From assembly GCA_001662655.1 (NCBI GenBank), contig KV460258.1: a DNA stretch of 29,155 bases; one strand, 5' to 3'. The position numbers were made by a program, and so were the translations under genes. Under the pieces are notes generated by a model that did no database searches, was not told the DNA's origin, and saw nothing but the letters and a program-made list of their open reading frames with translations. Positions 24,403 through 29,155 of this stretch are shown in pieces. Each line of letters opens with the position of its first letter. Positions within the stretch are counted from its first letter, which is position 1. Origin of the DNA: Pseudogymnoascus verrucosus (lineage: Eukaryota).

Positions 24403-26325
24403 TCAGGGAGAGCTCAGCCACGGATCCTCATACAACTCCCTCGCCGTCGCCCTCTCCTCCGGCAGCCATTTCAGCATTCTCCGTGCAAACTCTATAAAAA
24501 GCCGCTTATCCTCTCCCTGGAGCGACGGCGTCTTGCTCTCGGACGTAAAGTCCTCAGGTGACATCAGATGCGGATGCCTAAATTCGCCTAAGAGTGCTAT
24601 TATAAGCATGGAACCTTTAAAAGGAAGGGACGATGGGGGGGCATATAGACAAGGAAAGCGCGATGCGGAAGGGATGACTGATGAGAAAGGAAGGGCGCGA
24701 CGGGAGGCAACGAAACCTAGAGATGGAAGGCACGATGGGGATTGAATTGAGTCTGTAAAGGGAAGGCGCGACGGGAACCGAGGGAGTCTGCGGAGGGAAG
24801 GCACGATAGAGAAGGAAAGAGCGATGATGAGGAAATGACTCTGCCAATAGAAGGTACGATGGGAGTAAATCGACTCTGAATATAGAAGGCGCGCGGGAAG
24901 GGAGGGAATCTGCTGAAGGAAGGCGCGATGAAAACGAAAGGAGTGTGAAACGGAAGGCACGATGGGTGATAAAGGAATATATCCGGCCGGGGGATAAGAA
25001 ACATATATACCTTGCTCTGAACTCAAACTGGCATAAACCTCCTTATTTGCCCGCCCCAGCAGTTCCACAGGCGGCGGTCCCAAAATCCGAATCATCTGCG
25101 CAAAATGCACATGGCGGTCGTATTGGTTTTCAGGACCAACCCCGTCGAGGAGCGAGATGTCCTCGAGGAGTTCCCAGAGCTGTTGATAACCCATACGTTA
25201 GCCAACTAGACGACTCAATTATCGTATTTACTCCCCGGCATCTTCACTTACCACCATACCAAGGTTCCAAATATCAGCACTATTCGTCCAGCCTGCGCCG
25301 AGCAGGACCTCGGGTGCCGCGAACTGTTCAGGCTGGATATCATGATAATGCAACCTCGTCGTGTCGCCGAACACAGCAGCACCGAAGTCACTTATCTTCA
25401 GCACCCCCGTGCCTTTGGTGAAGCGCCCAAAGTCGGGCTGAGATTGATATACGCGCCGTCCATCACCCTCTTTGTACGGGCCAGGGTTTTGTATCTGTGC
25501 CTTGACATACTCAACAATGACCAAGCTGTCCTCAAAGCCAATCAAGAAGTTATCCGCTTTTAGGTCTACGTGGTACTATCAGCAATTCATTCCCCCAATC
25601 TACAGTACAAACCGAGAAGGCAATAAACTTGCCGGTATGTATGATATGGCACTCAGAGTGAAGGAAATCAAGCCCCTTTAAAATGAGCTTCAAGAAAGCT
25701 TTGAGAATAGGTGCCGACAGCCCGACAGTCCCGAGATGTCGTCCTAGCATCCACAAAGGTTCCCTTAACGGCTCAAAAACCAAACATAGGTGCTCACCAA
25801 ATGGCCCCATAACGACGAAAGAGTCCTCAGCCACTCTAACATACTTACCCCCTTCATCTTCTAACTGTATCTGAGAAATATGACGAGGCATCTGCAGCTC
25901 CTCATTAGCCGACTTCCAGTCCCCCTCAAAACAATTGGTGATTTTCAACGCCATATATTTACTCGACTGCCAAGGCCATCTATATGCAATTGGTATCATG
26001 ATGCCCACCCAAGACTACGAGGTACAGACCTGTTCATCTCTTCGGCCAGCCAGACCGTTGAACCTGTCCCAAATCCGAGTTTTGAAATGATTTGATACTT
26101 GCCGTTGACGGTCTCGCCAATCTGGGCTGGGTAGAAGCGTTTCGGGTCATAATCCGGGTTTTTCTCCTCCTCGAGAAGGGTATCAGCGGGCAACAAATGG
26201 GCTACTGCATTCGGGTGCATGGTCACTCGAGATGAGATGCATCTCCGGGACATCGTGGTGAGCGCACGGGACCGGAGCATCAATTGACACGTGTGGAACT
26301 CGCACAGACATCGAGGAAGCGACAT
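24403..26325 (-). CDS. CMGC SRPK-like serine/threonine protein kinase (fungal expanded family), ~436 aa. Exons 26325-26030, 25979-25633, 25565-25252, 25179-25011, 24587-24403
   Basis: Spliced product has 'LEEE...FYPAQIGETVNGKYQIISKLGFGTGSTVWLA', 'MALKI', 'HLCLVFEPL', 'IIHTDLKADN', 'ISDFG', 'IQPEQFAAPEV', 'DIWNLG', 'MLKWLPEERATARELYEDPWL'. Exon sum is 1311 nt. Requires a GC-AG intron and a 423-nt intron; start codon uncertain. Confidence 0.85.
24623..24966. repeat. Degenerate tandem array, 11 units, ~35-bp period, core GGAAGGCRCGAYGGG, in the last kinase intron
   Basis: Cores start at 24623, 24653, 24689, 24725, 24761, 24796, 24814, 24849, 24884, 24918, 24952 (spacings 30, 36, 36, 36, 35, 18, 35, 35, 34, 34). 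Confidence 0.88.
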
Positions 26326-26710
26326 CGGATCTCAATAAACTTGGCCATAATAAAAGTTTGCCCAATTCCGCGGATTTGGAGAAGTAGGATGGCCAGATCC
26401 GTGGTTGTACTCTGCCAGGTCCTGGCCAACCTGGAACGCGTCGACTGAGTAAGGTGAAGTGTCATGGGCCAATCAGTGGCTGTAATTCTTCCCGCGCGCG
26501 GTTGCGGCCGCTGCCATGTTGACGACCTCGACAGCAACTGATACAGCACTTCTCGATGATTTTCCAATGGCAAGCCTTACGGATTTTCCACTATGCCACA
26601 TATTTTGTAGGAGGTTGGCACATACATACATCCCTTCAATCTCGTGACTAACTGTTATGTCGGGCCTCAATGACGTCCCAGCCAAGACGGCATTGTTAAT
26701 GGGGTGAAGC

Positions 26711-27049
26711 TCATGTCGCCATATCCGACGAGTCAGTGTGCTTAACGCATCTGCTGTAAATCCCGAACACATGATGTGATTTACAGCATCATGCCGCAAT
26801 CCTCGACTAGTCGATGCGGTTAAACCCCATACTGCCATACTCGACGCGTAGTCTGCGTCTCATACTGCAGCTTTTGATGAATAGTGTGCCTGCATCTAAT
26901 GTCGCCATTGTCCACTACCAGTATGGTCTACAGATCATGTTGCACATCCAGGCACATCGTGGGATCTTAATGCTTCATGTTGCCATATTCGACGACTAGT
27001 AGCGTAGAAAAGGCACATGTTTGCAAATCCCGAGAGGATGATGTGATTT
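26711..27049. repeat. Diverged ~72-75-bp direct repeat pair (26711-26782 and 26975-27049) upstream of the monooxygenase
   Basis: TCATGTCGCCATATCCGACGA...AAATCCCGA-n4-ATGATGTGATTT versus TCATGTTGCCATATTCGACGA...AAATCCCGA-n4-ATGATGTGATTT. Confidence 0.8.
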
Positions 27050-27239
27050 GACGCCCCAGCTTGGCTTTTTATGAGAGCTTAAGAGGTTTAAAGGTAGGTA
27101 TATATGTCCCCCTATTATTGCCTTCCGGTACCTGTCTCACATTATCCAAATCCCCAGCATCATCGAAATCCACCTACCCCTCCAACTGCCCCTCCAAAAA
27201 CGTCATAACCCCTCTTCGAAACCCCTCCTCGACCCCACC

Positions 27240-28832
27240 ATGTCCAACGAAGTCAAAGAAGTCGACGCCGTCGTAGTCGGCGGCGGCTTCGGCGGCACCC
27301 GCCTCCTCAACCTCCTCAAGAACAAAGTCAAGCTCCATTCCGTCGTCGGCATCGAAAAAGGCGAATCCCTCGGCGGAACATGGTACTGGAACCAATACCC
27401 CGGCGCGCAAACCGACACCGAGAGCTGGGTGTACCGCTTCTCGGACGAGCGCGAGCCGCCGAAGTGGAATACAAGATACCTGAAGGGTGAAGCGCTGAGG
27501 GAGCAGATCGTCGAGTCGGCGAGGAAGAATGGGACGTTTGAGGATTTTATATTCGGGACGGAGGTTAGGTCTGCGCATTATGATGAGGGGTCGAAGAGGT
27601 GGGAGATTTCGACGGATAGGGGGCATAAGTTCTCTGCTACGTACTTCGTTACGGCGGTGGGGATTTTGAATAATCCTAATATCCCTACATACCCAGGCAT
27701 AGACACATTCAAAGGCCAAGCCTTCCACTCAGCAAGATGGCCCAAGGGACTAGACGTCACCGGCAAGCGCGTGGCTGTGATCGGGACCGGGCCATCAGGA
27801 AGCCAGATCACAGGCGCTATCAACAAGATCGTCAAACAACTCACCGTCTTCCAGCAGCGCGCGCAGTACATCACACCTGTCAACAATCGCCCTGTGGATG
27901 AGATTGAGCGCGCGGAGATTTATAAAAACTACGATACCATCTGGGACACGGTCTTCCAATCCCTCTTCGCAATGGGGTTCGTCGAGTCCAAGAAATCCGC
28001 CCTCGAAGCCTCGGAAGAAGAGCGTCGCGAAGTCTACGAGCGCGTCTGGAATAAGGGAGGTGGATTCCGGTTTTTCTTCGAGACCTTCGGCGACCTAGGG
28101 ACGAGCATCGAAGCGAACGAGACGGCGGCGGCGTTTGTACGCAGCAAGATCGCGGAGATTGTTAAGGATCCCGAGACGGCGAAACTTCTTCAGCCGACGG
28201 GTCATTACGGAGGACGCCCGCTTTGTGCGGAGGGGTATTATGAGGCCTTCGCTGAGCCAAACGTCTCGCTGGTTGATATCGCCAGCAATCCCGTTTCGAA
28301 GCTCACGGAGACGGGGATAGAGTTGCAAGATGGGAAACAGCTCGAGTTTGATGTTATTATCTTCGCTACTGGGTTTGATAGCGTGGATGGCTCATACCGC
28401 AACGTTGATATTACGGGGCGCGAGGGGGTTAAGCTGAACGACGTGTGGAAAAACGGCGCAACATCCCTCTACGGCGTCAGCGTCACCCAATTCCCCAACC
28501 TCTTCCTCGTCAGCGGCCCCGGCGGCCCTTTCTCCAACATCCCCCCCTCCATCGAAGTCCAGGGCGATTTCATCACTAAACTGATCCTCGAGTCCCAAGC
28601 GCGGGGCACGAAGACGGTAGAGGCGGACAAGGAGGCGCAGGGGAAGTGGGACGAGACGGTGCAGGCGATCTCGGCGGTGACGATCTTTAGTAAGGTGAAG
28701 AGCTGGGTGCAGAATGATAATGTGGAGGGGAAGACGAAGTATAGTGCGTTCTTTTTGGCGGGGTTGGGGAATTATATCGCTAAGTTGGAGGAGGAGACGG
28801 GGGGGAAGTATCCGTCGTTTAGGTTTGAGTAG
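27240..28832 (+). CDS. Type I Baeyer-Villiger monooxygenase (cyclohexanone monooxygenase-like FAD/NADPH flavoprotein), 530 aa
   Basis: Two Rossmann motifs (VVGGGFGG; VIGTGPSG), 'GGTWYWNQYPGAQTD', BVMO fingerprint FxGxxxHxxxWP ('FKGQAFHSARWP'), 'DVIIFATGF', 'FPNLF'. Intronless. Confidence 0.95.
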   Translation: MSNEVKEVDAVVVGGGFGGTRLLNLLKNKVKLHSVVGIEKGESLGGTWYWNQYPGAQTDTESWVYRFSDEREPPKWNTRYLKGEALREQIVESARKNGTFEDFIFGTEVRSAHYDEGSKRWEISTDRGHKFSATYFVTAVGILNNPNIPTYPGIDTFKGQAFHSARWPKGLDVTGKRVAVIGTGPSGSQITGAINKIVKQLTVFQQRAQYITPVNNRPVDEIERAEIYKNYDTIWDTVFQSLFAMGFVESKKSALEASEEERREVYERVWNKGGGFRFFFETFGDLGTSIEANETAAAFVRSKIAEIVKDPETAKLLQPTGHYGGRPLCAEGYYEAFAEPNVSLVDIASNPVSKLTETGIELQDGKQLEFDVIIFATGFDSVDGSYRNVDITGREGVKLNDVWKNGATSLYGVSVTQFPNLFLVSGPGGPFSNIPPSIEVQGDFITKLILESQARGTKTVEADKEAQGKWDETVQAISAVTIFSKVKSWVQNDNVEGKTKYSAFFLAGLGNYIAKLEEETGGKYPSFRFE

Positions 28833-28835
28833 GTG

Positions 28836-28857
28836 GGATGGGATGGGATGGGATGGG
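28836..28857. repeat. (GGGAT)n pentanucleotide microsatellite just after the monooxygenase stop codon
   Basis: GGGATGGGATGGGATGGGATGG read directly. Confidence 0.8.
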
Positions 28858-28979
28858 TGGGGGGAGGTTGCCTGTTGCAGTGTAGTTAGCGTTTTGGGGG
28901 GTTGAGGGTCGCAACTAACTGTTCATTGTTAATTGATAATATAGCCCCAAGTCTGCGCCTCAAAGGAGCAAAAATGAAC

Positions 28980-28997
28980 AAAAAAAAATGGCAAAAA
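28980..28997 (-). terminator. RNA polymerase III oligo(T) terminator of the 5S gene
   Basis: On the minus strand the 5S 3' end GTATGT is followed immediately by TTTTTGCCATTTTTTTTT. Confidence 0.75.
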
Positions 28998-29060
28998 ACA
29001 TACAACAGTGGGTATTCGCTGGTGGTCACCCACCCAACTACTAATCCACCGATCTCAAGC
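28998..29060 (-). rRNA. 5S rRNA gene, 3' half only (~63 nt), 5'-truncated or interrupted
   Basis: Minus strand reads GCTTGAGATCGGTGGATTAGTAGTTGGGTGGGTGACCACCAGCGAATACCCACTGTTGTATGT, the characteristic Pezizomycotina 5S 3' half. The expected 5' half (ACATACGACCATA...CCCGTCCGCTC) is absent from 29061-29155. Confidence 0.9.
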
Positions 29061-29155
29061 AAATATCTAGATAATACTTAAATCGGTGCCATCCGGCCTA
29101 GTGGGTGAGCCTCGCCGCCCTTGCCCCTTATTTTGTGATCGCGACCACCCCGACC

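Noticed and set aside
24623..24966. Calling the 35-bp array a CRISPR array
   Set aside because: Eukaryotic intron context, short non-palindromic degenerate core, spacers share a residual sub-motif, and no cas genes are present.

Overview
Eukaryotic DNA from a filamentous ascomycete (short GT-AG introns with CTRAC-type branch points; Pezizomycotina-type proteins; finer taxonomy not determined). The left ~17.4 kb is housekeeping-like: a Gal4/Lac9-like Zn2Cys6 transcription factor running off the left edge, a 2OG-Fe(II) dioxygenase, a SYM1/Mpv17 gene with an apparent +1 frameshift, and the ~3,879-aa PIKK pseudokinase TRA1. The right ~11.7 kb looks accessory and stress/detox-related: a GNAT acetyltransferase, an AhpC/TSA-like redoxin, a GT31 glycosyltransferase, a DJ-1/PfpI isonitrile-hydratase-like gene, an SRPK-like kinase and a type I Baeyer-Villiger monooxygenase. 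Most notable non-coding observations: (1) an 11-unit, ~35-bp array with a conserved GGAAGGCRCGAYGGG core and divergent intervening sequence, filling a 423-nt stop-free, in-frame intron of the kinase; (2) a 5S rRNA gene with intact 3' half and T-run terminator whose 5' half is replaced by unrelated sequence near the right edge, a candidate junction of a 5S-targeting element such as a Starship; (3) a diverged ~75-bp direct repeat and a five-copy GCCAT..CGACG-type motif upstream of the monooxygenase; (4) saw-tooth C-rich/G-rich strand skew in the accessory genes. Exon structures were derived by hand and are not transcript-verified.
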